The notes under the pieces: generated by a model
Told to the model about the DNA's origin: nothing
What the model saw: only the letters and a program-made list of their open reading frames with translations
Databases searched by the model: none
NCBI RefSeq assembly: GCF_000253055.1
Contig: NC_016070.1
Coordinates: forward strand, 510,001 to 542,000
DNA length: 32,000 nucleotides
Direction of reading: 5' to 3'
From: Thermoproteus tenax Kra 1
GTDB lineage: Archaea > Thermoproteota > Thermoprotei > Thermoproteales > Thermoproteaceae
In this document: positions 1-9,394 of the stretch, piece after piece
Numbering within the stretch: the first letter of the stretch is position 1
Layout of the letters: each line of letters begins with the position of its first letter
Program-made: the position numbers and the translations under genes

Positions 1-273
1 ACCATTGTGACTGTGGTAGCAAGCTATGTGGAGGCCACCAGAGCCAGAGCTGTGGAGCCGAAGATAGTCGGCGTGATAAAGCTCGACGTCCCCGGCTATA
101 AGTTCGACGACCACTTCTTCCCAGGTCTGCTACACTACATCTGCGGAGCTACCGATGAGGACGTGAAAAGCATGAGGCTGTTCGGCGCCAGAGTGAGGGC
201 TAGGTTCAAGCCTGAGCAACAAAGGACCGGCTCTATCACAGATATAGAGTGCTTCGAGGTGGTGAGGACATGA
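1..273 (+). CDS. DUF35-type OB-fold protein, C-terminal part (5' end outside the window)
   Basis: The frame is open from the window edge. Its C-terminus ...GSITDIECFEVV parallels ...GSVTDIEYFEPV of the next ORF, so the two are tandem paralogues. The stop overlaps the next start (ATGA at 270-273). Confidence 0.6.
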   Translation, partial: TIVTVVASYVEATRARAVEPKIVGVIKLDVPGYKFDDHFFPGLLHYICGATDEDVKSMRLFGARVRARFKPEQQRTGSITDIECFEVVRT

Positions 274-701
274 GGCGCGTAAAGACCTTCCCAGAGGTGA
301 TGGAGATAGAGGCCTATATATACACTGCAGGCCCCGTGGGCACCAAATGGTTGGAGAACCTTAAGGCCGGCAAATTGACCGCCGCGTATTGTCCCAAGTG
401 CGGGCGCCTCTTCTTGCCGCCCAAGATGTTCTGCCCCTACGACTTCGAGGAGGTCAGAGAGCTCAGAGAGATCGGCCAGACGGGTGTCGTCGAGAGCTAC
501 ACAGTTATAGAGAGGGATCTCTCAGGGGAGAGGTTGCCCGAGAGGAAGATCTTGGCGTTCATAAGGTTTCCGGGCGTCGAGGGAGGAATTATACACTACG
601 TGAAGGCAGAGGGGCTCGCCATCGGAATGAAGGTGAAGCCTAAGTGGAGGTCTGAGAGGAGGGGCTCGGTGACCGACATAGAATATTTTGAGCCCGTATG
701 A
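270..701 (+). CDS. DUF35-type protein (Zn-ribbon plus OB-fold, acyl-CoA-associated family)
   Basis: N-terminal Cys ribbon CPKCGRLFLPPKMFCP followed by an OB-like C-terminal half. ATG 270 is coupled to the upstream stop, and the stop overlaps the acyl-CoA dehydrogenase start (ATGA at 698-701). The ORF track offers an alternative GTG at 249. Confidence 0.7.
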   Translation: MRRVKTFPEVMEIEAYIYTAGPVGTKWLENLKAGKLTAAYCPKCGRLFLPPKMFCPYDFEEVRELREIGQTGVVESYTVIERDLSGERLPERKILAFIRFPGVEGGIIHYVKAEGLAIGMKVKPKWRSERRGSVTDIEYFEPV

Positions 702-1840
702 GCCTCTTGACCCAAGAGCACGAGCTCGTCAGAAAGACTGCGCGCGATTTTGCCGAGAAGTACGTTGGGCCTATAGCGAGGAGGATGGACAGAGAGAACT
801 ACTATCCCCGGGATATATTACGGGACGCCGGAAAGCTCGGCATATTGACCCCGACGGTTCCCCCAGAGTATGGCGGAGGAGGCGGCGATCTGAGGTCCGT
901 CGTTGTTATACTTGAGGAGTTAGGCAGAGTGAGCGGCGGCTTCAGCCTCCTAGTGGAGGCCTACGGCGTGCTTTTCGCGGACGCTCTGAAGAACTTCGGA
1001 AGCGCTGGGCAGAAGGAGGAGGTGCTGCCCAAGGTCGCCGCCGGCGAGAAGATCGGCGCCTTCGCTCTCTCCGAGCCGTGTTGCGGCAGCGATGCGGCGG
1101 CTATACAGACGAGGGCCGAGAGGAGGGGCGGAGAGTGGGTCATTAACGGCGCAAAGATGTGGATAACCAACGGGCTCTACGCCGACTACTACCTTGTGGC
1201 CGCTAGGACTGGCCCAAGGGAGGCGCGGCACAAGGCCATAACGGTCTTCCTCTTGAGGAGGAGCTCTTGTGTGGAGGCCTCGCCTATTGAGGTCATGGGC
1301 GTCAGAGGCACGGGGACTGCGGAGCTCAAGTTCAACGACTGCTCTGTGGGCGAGGACGAGATAGTGGGCGAGTTGAATGGAGGGTGGAGGGTCCTCATGC
1401 ACACGCTCGATGTGGGCAGAGTTGCCATATCGGGAGTTGCGCTGGGGATAGCGAGGGGGGCCTTCGAGGAGGCGCTGGCCTGGGCGAGGAGCAGAGAGCT
1501 CTTCGGCAAGAGGCTCGTTGAGTTCCAAAACGCCCAGTTCGAGTTGGCGGAGATGTTGGCCTCCATAGAGACGGCGCGCGCTCTCACGTACTATGCGGCT
1601 TATCTCTACGATGTAGGCTCGCCCGAGTTCCTTCTGATGTCCCACGTGGCCAAACTACAGGCCGCCAGGCTCGCTGTAGATGTAACGCGCAGAGCGGTGC
1701 AGATGGAGGGAGGATACGGATACAGCAAGGAGAGCAAGGCTGAGATGTTCTATAGAGATGCCAAGATCTTGGAGATAGGGGAGGGTACTAATGAGGTCAT
1801 GAAGTACGTCATCTATAAACTGCTCGAGAAGAGCTCTTAG
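698..1840 (+). CDS. acyl-CoA dehydrogenase
   Basis: 380 aa with typical ACAD segments: FALSEPCCGSDAAA, GAKMWITNG and the C-terminal ILEIGEGTNEV. Confidence 0.9.
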   Translation: MSLLTQEHELVRKTARDFAEKYVGPIARRMDRENYYPRDILRDAGKLGILTPTVPPEYGGGGGDLRSVVVILEELGRVSGGFSLLVEAYGVLFADALKNFGSAGQKEEVLPKVAAGEKIGAFALSEPCCGSDAAAIQTRAERRGGEWVINGAKMWITNGLYADYYLVAARTGPREARHKAITVFLLRRSSCVEASPIEVMGVRGTGTAELKFNDCSVGEDEIVGELNGGWRVLMHTLDVGRVAISGVALGIARGAFEEALAWARSRELFGKRLVEFQNAQFELAEMLASIETARALTYYAAYLYDVGSPEFLLMSHVAKLQAARLAVDVTRRAVQMEGGYGYSKESKAEMFYRDAKILEIGEGTNEVMKYVIYKLLEKSS

Positions 1841-2085
1841 TCGGCCGTCTGAGCCACTATATCAACGAGCTCCTTAGGACACATCTGGGCCATCATGGCC
1901 TCGGCCCTCCTTCCCACCGTCTCCGTCACGAGGCCCACTTTGTACAACTTCACTATCTGGTAGAGGGTTCTGCACGCCATCGTCCTCTCCAAGCCGTACT
2001 TCTCAACCGCAGACCTGAGCTTCTCGTCTGCCAGATAGTACACGTAGCTCCATCTCCACTTATTAAAAAAGGTGTATTTTTGCAA
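1837..2085 (-). CDS. hypothetical small protein (82 aa)
   Basis: ORF in the gap between flanking genes with ordinary amino-acid composition. No motif recognised. Confidence 0.4.
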   Translation of the reverse strand: MQKYTFFNKWRWSYVYYLADEKLRSAVEKYGLERTMACRTLYQIVKLYKVGLVTETVGRRAEAMMAQMCPKELVDIVAQTAD

Positions 2086-3070
2086 CGTGCTCTGGTACAG
2101 AATAGGGAGGGGGCCGCCGCGGGAATATTTCTATTCCAACGTAGATCTCCTTCGGGTCTCCCAGATCTCCCTAGCTCTCTCCCTCCTCCTCTTTGCGGCG
2201 GGCCTGGCGGCCCCGCCTCTCTCGGCGAAGGTTCACGGCTTCTTGATGGTGGCCGGCCTCCTCTCCTTCTACTTCTCCGTGATGTACCTCCAACATCCGG
2301 CCTTTACTAACACTATGCCGCGGAGGCCCCTTAGCTATATCCTCCTTGCCCTCTTCCTCTACGGCCTGTTGGCAAGCTACCTCGGCGCGCCGCTCCCGTG
2401 GGCTCCCTTCTCGGCGCTCTATATACTCCTCTACCTCCCCGGCCTCAGAGGGGCCAACGCTCCGCCCAACGTGCTCACAATGGCGGGCCTCGCCGCACTG
2501 GCGGTTGCCTCAGAGCCGTGGCAGATGGTCCTCTCCTTCCCCGCCGCATCTGCGTTGAGCCTAATTATGCGGGTCGACTCAGCCAAAAGGCACTTGAGGC
2601 TGAGTCTGTCTGAGGCGCTCGCCTTTTCGGCCGTGTATCTAGCCTTGTTCTTCATCCCCGTACCTCCTCCGGCTGCAATCGCGGCGATCTTCGGCGGCTT
2701 CCTGTTGCTTGTGAGAGGCACCTACGTCTCATCCGAGCCCTACTCCTGGGGCACGACAATCGGCAGAGTGCTCCCCATCCTCGCGCCCTTGGGCTATCTG
2801 GGGCTGCCGGTCTACCACTTCTTGTACATGGGAATCGCCGTCATCATGTTCAGCCTCTGTATCCCGTGGTTCACGCCCTCAGTATTTCTGAGGGCCGTCC
2901 CCCGGTGGCCGCGCTATCTGCCCCTTGTACCCGCCGTTGCGGCCCTGTTGAGGCTCTCCGGCTACGGCCCCCTCGTCGCGCTCTCCTCTGTAGTCTTGCT
3001 CGCAGGCGCCGTATACGTCTCAGTGAAGGTCCTCAGAGAGAGGAAGTTCCCGCTCGGTCAGCCTCCTTGA
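2072..3070 (+). CDS. polytopic integral membrane protein, function unknown
   Basis: 332 aa dominated by hydrophobic stretches of L, A, F, Y and P, roughly 8-9 predicted TM segments by eye. A TATA-like ttattaaaaaagg lies at about 2060-2072, so GTG 2087 is an alternative leaderless start. Confidence 0.65.
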   Translation: MYFCNVLWYRIGRGPPREYFYSNVDLLRVSQISLALSLLLFAAGLAAPPLSAKVHGFLMVAGLLSFYFSVMYLQHPAFTNTMPRRPLSYILLALFLYGLLASYLGAPLPWAPFSALYILLYLPGLRGANAPPNVLTMAGLAALAVASEPWQMVLSFPAASALSLIMRVDSAKRHLRLSLSEALAFSAVYLALFFIPVPPPAAIAAIFGGFLLLVRGTYVSSEPYSWGTTIGRVLPILAPLGYLGLPVYHFLYMGIAVIMFSLCIPWFTPSVFLRAVPRWPRYLPLVPAVAALLRLSGYGPLVALSSVVLLAGAVYVSVKVLRERKFPLGQPP

Positions 3071-3428
3071 TTAGAGGGCAGGCATCCTCGGATGCTCTGA
3101 GGAGCGCCTTGTAGTCGCGCCAGAAGGCGGCGTTGTGTGGCCTGAGCGCGCCGCTTGTAGTAGTAGGTATGTGGGCGAGCTCGTGGGCCAGGACTTTGGC
3201 TTTTTCGGGGCATTGGAGGCGCCAGAACTCCTTGAGGAGCTCTATCACGTAGAGAGGGCCTAAGTCGAGAGCCTCTTGGAGCGCCTTGGAGAGCCCCCAG
3301 ATCCTTGCGTACGCCCTCGACCTAGCATCGGTGGCCACCACGTAGACTTCCACTCGTCTCAAATGCGGCAGGCCCGACCTCTCCGCTATAAACTTGGCCG
3401 CCCTCTCGTATCCTATAAGGCGGGGCAT
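3033..3428 (-). CDS. predicted Zn-dependent metallopeptidase (HExxH)
   Basis: 131 aa with the HELAHI motif in a small soluble protein. It overlaps the convergent membrane-protein gene by 38 nt. Confidence 0.6.
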   Translation of the reverse strand: MPRLIGYERAAKFIAERSGLPHLRRVEVYVVATDARSRAYARIWGLSKALQEALDLGPLYVIELLKEFWRLQCPEKAKVLAHELAHIPTTTSGALRPHNAAFWRDYKALLRASEDACPLIKEADRAGTSSL

Positions 3429-3441
3429 ATGTTATCTTTTA

Positions 3442-5322
3442 ATGCCATATTTTAGCGCTCTCGTGGTCGTGGCTTGTACGCGCGACTGCTACGACACGTG
3501 CATCTTCACCCCCAAGGCCGCGGGCGGAAGGCTGTTGGATCTGGCCCCTACACGCTCCTTCCCCACCCTCGGCTTCACTTGCGCCAGAGGGAGGGCCGAC
3601 GTCAAAAGGCTGTACTCTAGCGCCAGGCTCAAGCGGCCGTTAATGAGGAGGGGCGACCAGTTCGTCGAAATCAGCTGGGAGAGAGCCGTCCAAGAGCTCG
3701 CCCTCAGGCTGAGGGCTGCAGATCCCCAGAGGGTGCTCCACATAGACTACGATGGAAATCAAGGGCTGCTCACATGGTACTATCCCGCTCGTCTGTTCAA
3801 CGCAATTGGGGCCTCCTCGACGGACTACTCTATATGTAGCGCCGAGGGCCACTCGGCACTTAAGCTACACTGGGGGAGGTCGTGGGGGCTCCTGCCTGAG
3901 GAGCTCGCTGCTGCCAGAGCCGTGGTGTTCTGGGGCGTCAACGCGCTCGTGAGCTTCATACACGGGTGGGCCTTGACCAAGAGAGCCAGAAGGGCTGCGG
4001 TGGACGTCGTAATGACGGAGACCCTCAAGGCCTCCGATCTGCCGGTCGTAGTAAGGCCGGGGACAGACGTCGTATTGGCGTTGGGGATCGCGCGGAGGAT
4101 AATAGATGCCGAGGCCTACGACCGACGCTTCATCGAGAGGTACACCTACGGCTTCGACGAATTTAAGAGATACGTCCAGAAGTTCACCGACCAAGTAGTG
4201 GAGGAGGAGACTGGCGTTACCAGAGATGTTCTCGATGGACTGACCGAAATATATCTGTCGGGGGCCAAGACGGTCATTGGCTTCGCCTTAGGGAGGACTC
4301 TCAACGGCGGCGAGGCGATCCGTGCTATCTCATTGATCCACGCCCTGCTGGGCGATCCCCTGGGCTTTTTCTACTCTAACTCAGGCGCGTGGGAGATCGA
4401 CTTCGACTACTTGAGGGGGTACCACGTCGGCAGACCCTCGAGGGTTGTGCCCATGGGCTTGGTGGGGAGACAGATAGGGGAGTTCGACGTAGTCTACGTA
4501 TGGAACGCAAATCCGGTGATGACGTTGCCTCAGGGGGACAGAATATGCGAGGCTGCCGCAAGGGGCGACATCTTCTTGGCTGTGCACGACATAGTTATGA
4601 GCGAAACGGCGCAGTGCGCCGACTTAGTGTTGCCGGCCCCCACATATTTAGAGAAGGACGACGTGGTCTACAGCTACTGGCATCAGCTGCTCGTCTACAA
4701 CAAGGCAGTCGTAGAGCCCATAGGAGAGAGCAAGCCGGAGCATTGGGTGGTCAGAGAGGTCGGCAAAGCCATGGGCTTGGGCGACCATGTCCTCCTCTCG
4801 GAGGACCCCTGGCGCGCCGTAGATATCGCCTTGAGGAAGACCGGCGTATCTTTGGACTTGCTCATAAGGAGGAGGGTGCTCGCCATGAGGAGGGGGGATC
4901 CCCTCGAGTTTCCGACTCCGACGCGTAAACTCGAGTTTTACAGCACTCAGGCCGCGAAGGCAGGCCTTAGCCCTCTCCCGTCCTATGAGAGGCCGAGCGG
5001 CCGGCCGACATTAGTCTTTACCTCAGATCCCAAGTATACGAACACACAGTTCTTCGACGAGTACGGTGAGCCCGAGCCCGTCGTCTACTCCAACCCGAGG
5101 CAGGCGCCGGAGGGTGTAGTGTGTCTTGAGCGCGATGGCGTAGCCGTCAAGGTCAAACTGAGGTGGGACCCTGAGGTGCCGGAGGGAGTCTTGTTAGCCA
5201 GAGGCATCTTCAAGGACTTGGCGGGAAGGCCCGTGAGCTCTATTGTCGATGGGACTCCCAACCCCTACGGAGGGACTCCCAGGATTAACTCCACTGTGGT
5301 CGCCGTTAGGAATTGCGAGTAA
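3442..5322 (+). CDS. molybdopterin oxidoreductase family protein (MopB catalytic subunit)
   Basis: About 626 aa with an N-terminal Cys cluster [10 protein letters not shown]...FTCARG typical of Fe-S-binding MopB enzymes, and family-like length and segments. The start is uncertain: ATG 3442 or GTG 3463. The track's 3394 would overlap the divergent gene. Confidence 0.8.
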   Translation: MPYFSALVVVACTRDCYDTCIFTPKAAGGRLLDLAPTRSFPTLGFTCARGRADVKRLYSSARLKRPLMRRGDQFVEISWERAVQELALRLRAADPQRVLHIDYDGNQGLLTWYYPARLFNAIGASSTDYSICSAEGHSALKLHWGRSWGLLPEELAAARAVVFWGVNALVSFIHGWALTKRARRAAVDVVMTETLKASDLPVVVRPGTDVVLALGIARRIIDAEAYDRRFIERYTYGFDEFKRYVQKFTDQVVEEETGVTRDVLDGLTEIYLSGAKTVIGFALGRTLNGGEAIRAISLIHALLGDPLGFFYSNSGAWEIDFDYLRGYHVGRPSRVVPMGLVGRQIGEFDVVYVWNANPVMTLPQGDRICEAAARGDIFLAVHDIVMSETAQCADLVLPAPTYLEKDDVVYSYWHQLLVYNKAVVEPIGESKPEHWVVREVGKAMGLGDHVLLSEDPWRAVDIALRKTGVSLDLLIRRRVLAMRRGDPLEFPTPTRKLEFYSTQAAKAGLSPLPSYERPSGRPTLVFTSDPKYTNTQFFDEYGEPEPVVYSNPRQAPEGVVCLERDGVAVKVKLRWDPEVPEGVLLARGIFKDLAGRPVSSIVDGTPNPYGGTPRINSTVVAVRNCE

Positions 5323-5333
5323 TTTTTATAAAC
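5322..5333 (+). promoter_or_regulatory. TATA-like box for rpl44e
   Basis: aatttttataaa is centred about 27 nt upstream of ATG 5354, the spacing expected for a leaderless archaeal transcript. Confidence 0.5.
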
Positions 5334-5353
5334 GGTCGCCAGAAGGCGTTGAC

Positions 5354-5629
5354 ATGCGTTTTCCGAAGAAGGTCATGGCGTATTGTCCGCGGTGTAATGC
5401 GCATACTGAGCATACGGTATCTATATACCATCAAGGCAAGAGGAGGGAGCTCTCCGAGGGCCAGAGGAGGTACAACAGGAAGCTGAAAGGATACGGCTCC
5501 TCGCCCAAGCCTAAGCAGAAAAGGTTCGCAAAGATAAACAAAAAGGTCGCCCTAGTGCTCACATGCTCTAAATGCGGCTATAAGCTCCACAAGACACTAG
5601 GCAGAATGAAGAAGGTCGAGCTGGTATAA
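5354..5629 (+). CDS. rpl44e: 50S ribosomal protein L44e (eL42)
   Basis: [22 protein letters not shown]...CSKCGYK: a four-Cys zinc ribbon in a basic protein of 91 aa. The track's 5243 start is an upstream extension overlapping the previous gene. Confidence 0.9.
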   Translation: MRFPKKVMAYCPRCNAHTEHTVSIYHQGKRRELSEGQRRYNRKLKGYGSSPKPKQKRFAKINKKVALVLTCSKCGYKLHKTLGRMKKVELV

Positions 5630-5630
5630 T

Positions 5631-5834
5631 ATGCCGCCGCGCTTCTCGAAGATCTTGATACCGCAGCCCCGGTCTAAGTTCTTGAGGGTGCGCTGTCCCG
5701 ACTGCGGAAACGAGCAAGTCGTGTTCAGCCACGCGTCTATGGTGGTCAGATGTCTAGTATGCGGCCGCGTATTGGTTCAGCCCACTGGAGGCAAGGCGCA
5801 GATCCAAGGGAATATACTTAAGGTGCTGGATTAG
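5631..5834 (+). CDS. rps27e: 30S ribosomal protein S27e (eS27)
   Basis: 67 aa with [24 protein letters not shown], a C4 zinc ribbon. It directly follows rpl44e, the usual archaeal pairing. Confidence 0.9.
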   Translation: MPPRFSKILIPQPRSKFLRVRCPDCGNEQVVFSHASMVVRCLVCGRVLVQPTGGKAQIQGNILKVLD

Positions 5835-5836
5835 CC

Positions 5837-5856
5837 GCGACCGCCTACGCGGTCGC
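5837..5856. other. perfect GC hairpin just after the rps27e stop
   Basis: GCGACCGC-CTAC-GCGGTCGC: an 8 bp perfect stem with a 4 nt loop, starting 3 nt after TAG 5832-5834. Confidence 0.6.
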
Positions 5857-5971
5857 CCTGTATATCAGCTCCGTGGCCGCGTCTATGTCTGCTCTGTGCA
5901 GATCCCAGAGCTGCGGCAGACGATGTACAAATTTTAGTTCCCTCAACGTTGGTGGCGAGACCCTTGCCAGT

Positions 5972-6014
5972 ATGACTCCCTCCCCGCCCTAGAGGGCGAG
6001 GCCTTCGGTTGTAA
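5972..6014 (-). repeat. conserved hairpin element, copy a
   Basis: The plus strand reads atgactccctCCCCGCCCtagaGGGCGAGGccttcggttgtaa (stem 5982-5989 / 5994-6001). On the minus strand it folds as CCUCGCCC/GGGCGGGG with one U-G wobble. It lies about 15 nt downstream of the stop of the minus-strand GINS-like gene. Confidence 0.8.
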
Positions 6015-6028
6015 GCCAGGTGAGCTCT

Positions 6029-6508
6029 CTATAACAATCTCAGCCTCTTTACGATGCCCTTCGCCTCGAGCTCTCTGGCATCCTCGGCGGGTATCTTTGC
6101 TAGATCGCCCCTATTGAAGGGCCCAATCTGTTTAAAGTCGGACGTAGACATTGTGGCGGGAAATCTGTCTAGGAAAACGACGATCTCGTATCTCCTTCTT
6201 TTATCCCTCGCCGGCGCCTCTCTGATCTTGAGTATCGGCGCCAAGAGCCTCTCCTCCTCCGCCGTCAAGTCTCTGGGCTCTCTCCCTTGTTGTACTTCCC
6301 AGAGTATCTTCCTTATCCGCAACTCCATAATGGACGCTATCACGTGCGCCATGTGGGCGCGCACAGTCTCCTCCATTGAGGGCGGTAACGCAACTCCCTT
6401 CAACTGCTCGTTTATCTCGTTGGCGAGCTCCATGTAGGAGGCTACGGGGGGCTTCGTCAACAGCTTTGTGTCCAGCTCGGCCGACAGCCACGAGTACGCC
6501 CTGCTCAC
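6029..6508 (-). CDS. GINS-like replication complex subunit (Gins15/51-like), tentative
   Basis: A 159 aa helical protein immediately downstream of priS in the same operon. This is the arrangement described for gins15-priS in Sulfolobus. The sequence assignment itself is weak. Confidence 0.5.
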   Translation of the reverse strand: MSRAYSWLSAELDTKLLTKPPVASYMELANEINEQLKGVALPPSMEETVRAHMAHVIASIMELRIRKILWEVQQGREPRDLTAEEERLLAPILKIREAPARDKRRRYEIVVFLDRFPATMSTSDFKQIGPFNRGDLAKIPAEDARELEAKGIVKRLRLL

Positions 6509-6538
6509 AACTCCCCCAAAGCGTCCACCTATAAATTT

Positions 6539-7489
6539 TCAGCCTCTTCGCCGCCCTCCCTCTACATCCAAGATCTCGGCCTTCCCTTGCAGATATAGGT
6601 ATATAGCTAGGTAGAGGGGGAGGACGGTCTGCTCTCTGTCTATCCTCACTCCGAGGACTTCCCCGACCCTCTCCTTGAGCTTAACGTAGACCTCGCCTCT
6701 GGTGAACGCTATCGCTTTATTGAGTATATATTCGGCGTCTCTCTCTAAGTCCGACTGCGACAGAGGAAGCGTTATGAAGCCCGTCTTGTTGTTCAGAGAG
6801 CCGGGCGCTCTGATCAGTCTGTGGACGTCCGTGGTGACCACCTCGTCGATTTTGATGAAGTAGTTCCCGTCATGGAGTCCTCTAAATATACGTAACAGAC
6901 TCCCCACAGGCTCCTCTTGATACAGTTTGACGGTCCTCTTACCAACTCTGGTCTCCAATTTGGCGAGGTCGAGGTTGCGGGCAGTCAGGAAGTCAACTAG
7001 GCGCCTCCGCTCGGCCGATGTGAGATCCATGACCTCCTTGGACCTCACGTGGACGTGAAAGCCTCTGTGGCCGGAGTAGACGGGCTCCCCGTTGAGCGCC
7101 AGCTCGTTCCTCAGCGCGTCGAGGAGCTTCAAAGCCTCCTCGCGAGCGTCGTCTAGACACTTGAGGTTCAAGAGCTGCATCCCTCTACAGCTCTCCGTAT
7201 CTAGGTGGTCGCCGTCTATATCGAACACAAGGTCGGCCCCCTGCCAGCCCTTGGCCTCCATGTCTCTCTCGTCGGGCCTCTCGTAGTATGCAACGGAGTA
7301 GTACAAGCCGAGGGGCGGCTCGGAGATACACGCTCTCCTGAGCTCATCTATAGAGGGGAAGGACTTGTGTCGCAACACCACGTTCTCCATGGTCAACATG
7401 CCTATCTCCCTCCTCTCGATATTGGGTATAGATAGTGTGGCCCTCCTATAATGGTTCCTGAACAGAGCCTTGAGCCAAGCCTCCGCCAT
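6539..7489 (-). CDS. priS: DNA primase small (catalytic) subunit PriS
   Basis: 316 aa with the catalytic DLVFDIDGDH and SGHRGFHVHV motifs of archaeo-eukaryotic primases. Confidence 0.9.
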   Translation of the reverse strand: MAEAWLKALFRNHYRRATLSIPNIERREIGMLTMENVVLRHKSFPSIDELRRACISEPPLGLYYSVAYYERPDERDMEAKGWQGADLVFDIDGDHLDTESCRGMQLLNLKCLDDAREEALKLLDALRNELALNGEPVYSGHRGFHVHVRSKEVMDLTSAERRRLVDFLTARNLDLAKLETRVGKRTVKLYQEEPVGSLLRIFRGLHDGNYFIKIDEVVTTDVHRLIRAPGSLNNKTGFITLPLSQSDLERDAEYILNKAIAFTRGEVYVKLKERVGEVLGVRIDREQTVLPLYLAIYLYLQGKAEILDVEGGRRRG

Positions 7490-7493
7490 TAAA

Positions 7494-8252
7494 TTAGGCC
7501 TGCTCTATGTGGGGCGCCACGTAGTAGGCGAGCTTGCCTCCGGCAGGTATATCGAAGGTCAACGATATAGGCTTCGCGGTCGCCAGCTCTATGGTCACAA
7601 TGTCGCTGACCTTCGAGGCCTTGCCCGTAATGTCCACTAAATACTCCAACGTGAACGATGCGCTGGCCGGCTCCTTGACGTCAAACTCATACACAAGTTC
7701 CCCTCCCTTATCTAGCTTGACCTCAACCTCACCTCTGTCGCTGGAGGCCCGTATATAGAGGGCCTCCTCGTCTACGTCGAATTTCACTGTGTCAGCCACG
7801 GCGTCCGCGTCCTTCATAGCTTGATCTAACACATCGCTGGCAGTCTTCACCATCGCAGTATAGACCACCTTAGGCGTAGGTAGCTCTTCAGCTGGAGTCT
7901 CAAGGTACGGCAGAGTGATGGAGCGCGTGGACTTGCCTATCAGCTTCACCCTCAGCTTAGATTCCTCTACCTCAAATGATATCTTATCGCCCTTCTTGAG
8001 CCTCCTCAACAGCTTCTTGAAGTCCTTGAAGTTGAGACCTATTCTGAGCTCGGACTGTAGCTCTGGATACTCCTCGAAGCCCTCCTTGGGTATAAACAAA
8101 TCCACCATGGCGGTCCTCGAGGGGTCTAAGGATCTTAGAGCCATGCCGTCTTGTCTGAAGACGAGGCCGGCCTCCTCCACTATGACGGCGATGGCGTCGA
8201 TGATGTAGGTCCACTCCTTGGCGTCGCTGTAGGTGATAATGTATTTGTCCAT
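7494..8252 (-). CDS. pcn: DNA polymerase sliding clamp (PCNA)
   Basis: About 252 aa with the two-domain PCNA-like pattern (MDKYIITYSDAKEW... to ...LAYYVAPHIEQA). ATG 8252 fits a TATA-like box at 8271-8283. The track's 8267 start is an alternative. Confidence 0.85.
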   Translation of the reverse strand: MDKYIITYSDAKEWTYIIDAIAVIVEEAGLVFRQDGMALRSLDPSRTAMVDLFIPKEGFEEYPELQSELRIGLNFKDFKKLLRRLKKGDKISFEVEESKLRVKLIGKSTRSITLPYLETPAEELPTPKVVYTAMVKTASDVLDQAMKDADAVADTVKFDVDEEALYIRASSDRGEVEVKLDKGGELVYEFDVKEPASASFTLEYLVDITGKASKVSDIVTIELATAKPISLTFDIPAGGKLAYYVAPHIEQA

Positions 8253-8270
8253 AGGTGTATGTCTCACTCA

Positions 8271-8283
8271 GAAAATTTAAGCG
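8271..8283 (-). promoter_or_regulatory. TATA-like box for the PCNA-PriS-GINS operon
   Basis: The minus strand reads cgcttaaattttc, centred about 25 nt upstream of ATG 8252. Confidence 0.45.
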
Positions 8284-8509
8284 TGAATGCATATTACATA
8301 GCAGAGTAATGAGGGGAGGGCGGCGCGTCCCATGGGCAGGCCATCCTAGGCACAGATCCCGCCGCAAAGGGGAGGCTCGGCTAACCCCGACGAGGAACAC
8401 GCGAGAACCCGCGGTGGAGACCTCGCCTTCTAGGGCTGAGAGGAGGCCATATCAGAGACGTTACGAGGAGCTTTGAGGGCTTGTGGCGGAGGTCCCGCTG
8501 GCCGAGACC

Positions 8510-8839
8510 CTAGGCGTATTCGCGCCAAGTGTATCCGCATTTAGTACATCTATAGAACCTAGTGGGAGGCTCGTCGGCCGCCCTAGTCTGTTGCATCCAC
8601 ACGTAGGCCTCTTCGTTGCCGCACTTGGGGCATACAACCTTGGTCTTAGGAAGCGTCTCAAAGGCCTTGTCGGCCACCAATAGGGCTTCCCTCCTCTCTA
8701 TGGAGCTTCTGGATCTGTAGGCGTTCTTAGTGGTCTCGTTCAAGGGCTCCTCGTAGCCGCACTTGGGACATCTCAAGACCGTCGTTTCGCCCCTCCTCAC
8801 AGGCATGAGGAGAGAGCCGTCCTTGGGACAGAACCGCAT
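8510..8839 (-). CDS. tfs: transcription factor S (TFS, TFIIS/RpoM-like)
   Basis: 109 aa with an N-terminal Zn ribbon (CPKDGSLL...CPKCG) and a C-terminal TFIIS-type ribbon carrying the acidic loop CPKCGNEEAYVWMQQTRAADEPPTRFYRCTKCG. Confidence 0.9.
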   Translation of the reverse strand: MRFCPKDGSLLMPVRRGETTVLRCPKCGYEEPLNETTKNAYRSRSSIERREALLVADKAFETLPKTKVVCPKCGNEEAYVWMQQTRAADEPPTRFYRCTKCGYTWREYA

Positions 8840-8856
8840 TGCCTCGCTGTCGTTGC

Positions 8857-8868
8857 CTATATAAAAAC
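8857..8868 (-). promoter_or_regulatory. TATA-like box for tfs
   Basis: The minus strand reads gtttttatatag, about 23 nt upstream of ATG 8839. Confidence 0.5.
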
Positions 8869-8887
8869 TTTTAACAACGGGGAGAAA

Positions 8888-8898
8888 GTTTTAAATAG
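8888..8898 (+). promoter_or_regulatory. TATA-like box for rps19e
   Basis: gttttaaatag is centred about 25 nt upstream of GTG 8918. It is divergent from the tfs promoter. Confidence 0.5.
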
Positions 8899-8917
8899 CG
8901 CGCCAAAAGGGGATGTC

Positions 8918-9394
8918 GTGGTTTCAGTTAAAGATGTGCCTGCGGATCTGCTCATAAAAGAGCTCGCGGAGTATCTGAAGGCGAACGTCCCTCAGGTTAA
9001 ACCGCCTGTCTGGAGTATATATGTTAAAACGGGCGCACGGAAGGATAGGCCTCCCATGCAGGAGGATTGGTGGTACATCAGGGCAGCCTCTATAGTCAGA
9101 CGTCTGTATTTGGACGGCCCCGTCGGACTCTCCAGCCTCAGGACGTACTACGGATATAGAGCGAAGATAGGCTCCGGGATGAGGAGCGAGAAGACGAGTA
9201 AGGCCGGAGGGGCCATAATCAGGAAGATCCTGCACCAGCTTGAGCAAGCAGGCATTGCGGCGCGCACTAGGAAGGGGAGGGTCCTCACGCCTGAGGGGAG
9301 ATCTCTCGTCGACAGAATTGCGACTAAGATCGCAAAGGACCTCGTCAAGGCCAGGCCAGAGCTCGCTAAGTATCTGGCGCCGCCCAAGGAGTAA
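8918..9394 (+). CDS. rps19e: 30S ribosomal protein S19e (eS19)
   Basis: 158 aa: [18 protein letters not shown]...[20 protein letters not shown], typical of S19e. GTG start. Confidence 0.9.
   Translation: MVSVKDVPADLLIKELAEYLKANVPQVKPPVWSIYVKTGARKDRPPMQEDWWYIRAASIVRRLYLDGPVGLSSLRTYYGYRAKIGSGMRSEKTSKAGGAIIRKILHQLEQAGIAARTRKGRVLTPEGRSLVDRIATKIAKDLVKARPELAKYLAPPKE

Noticed and set aside
950-1645. Long antisense and off-frame ORFs inside the acyl-CoA dehydrogenase gene (950..1645, 1189..1587, 961..1170).
   Set aside because: Their products are R/P/S/L-rich with no motifs and are wholly nested in a well-supported gene. These are typical shadow ORFs of GC-rich coding DNA.
249-1840. Tandem DUF35 genes plus acyl-CoA dehydrogenase as something unusual.
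   Set aside because: DUF35 proteins commonly sit in lipid/acyl-CoA metabolism clusters in archaea, so this is ordinary metabolic context.
3394-3441. Track start at 3394 for the molybdopterin oxidoreductase.
   Set aside because: That start would overlap the divergent metallopeptidase start region. ATG 3442 or GTG 3463 places the N-terminal Cys cluster at the usual distance from the start.
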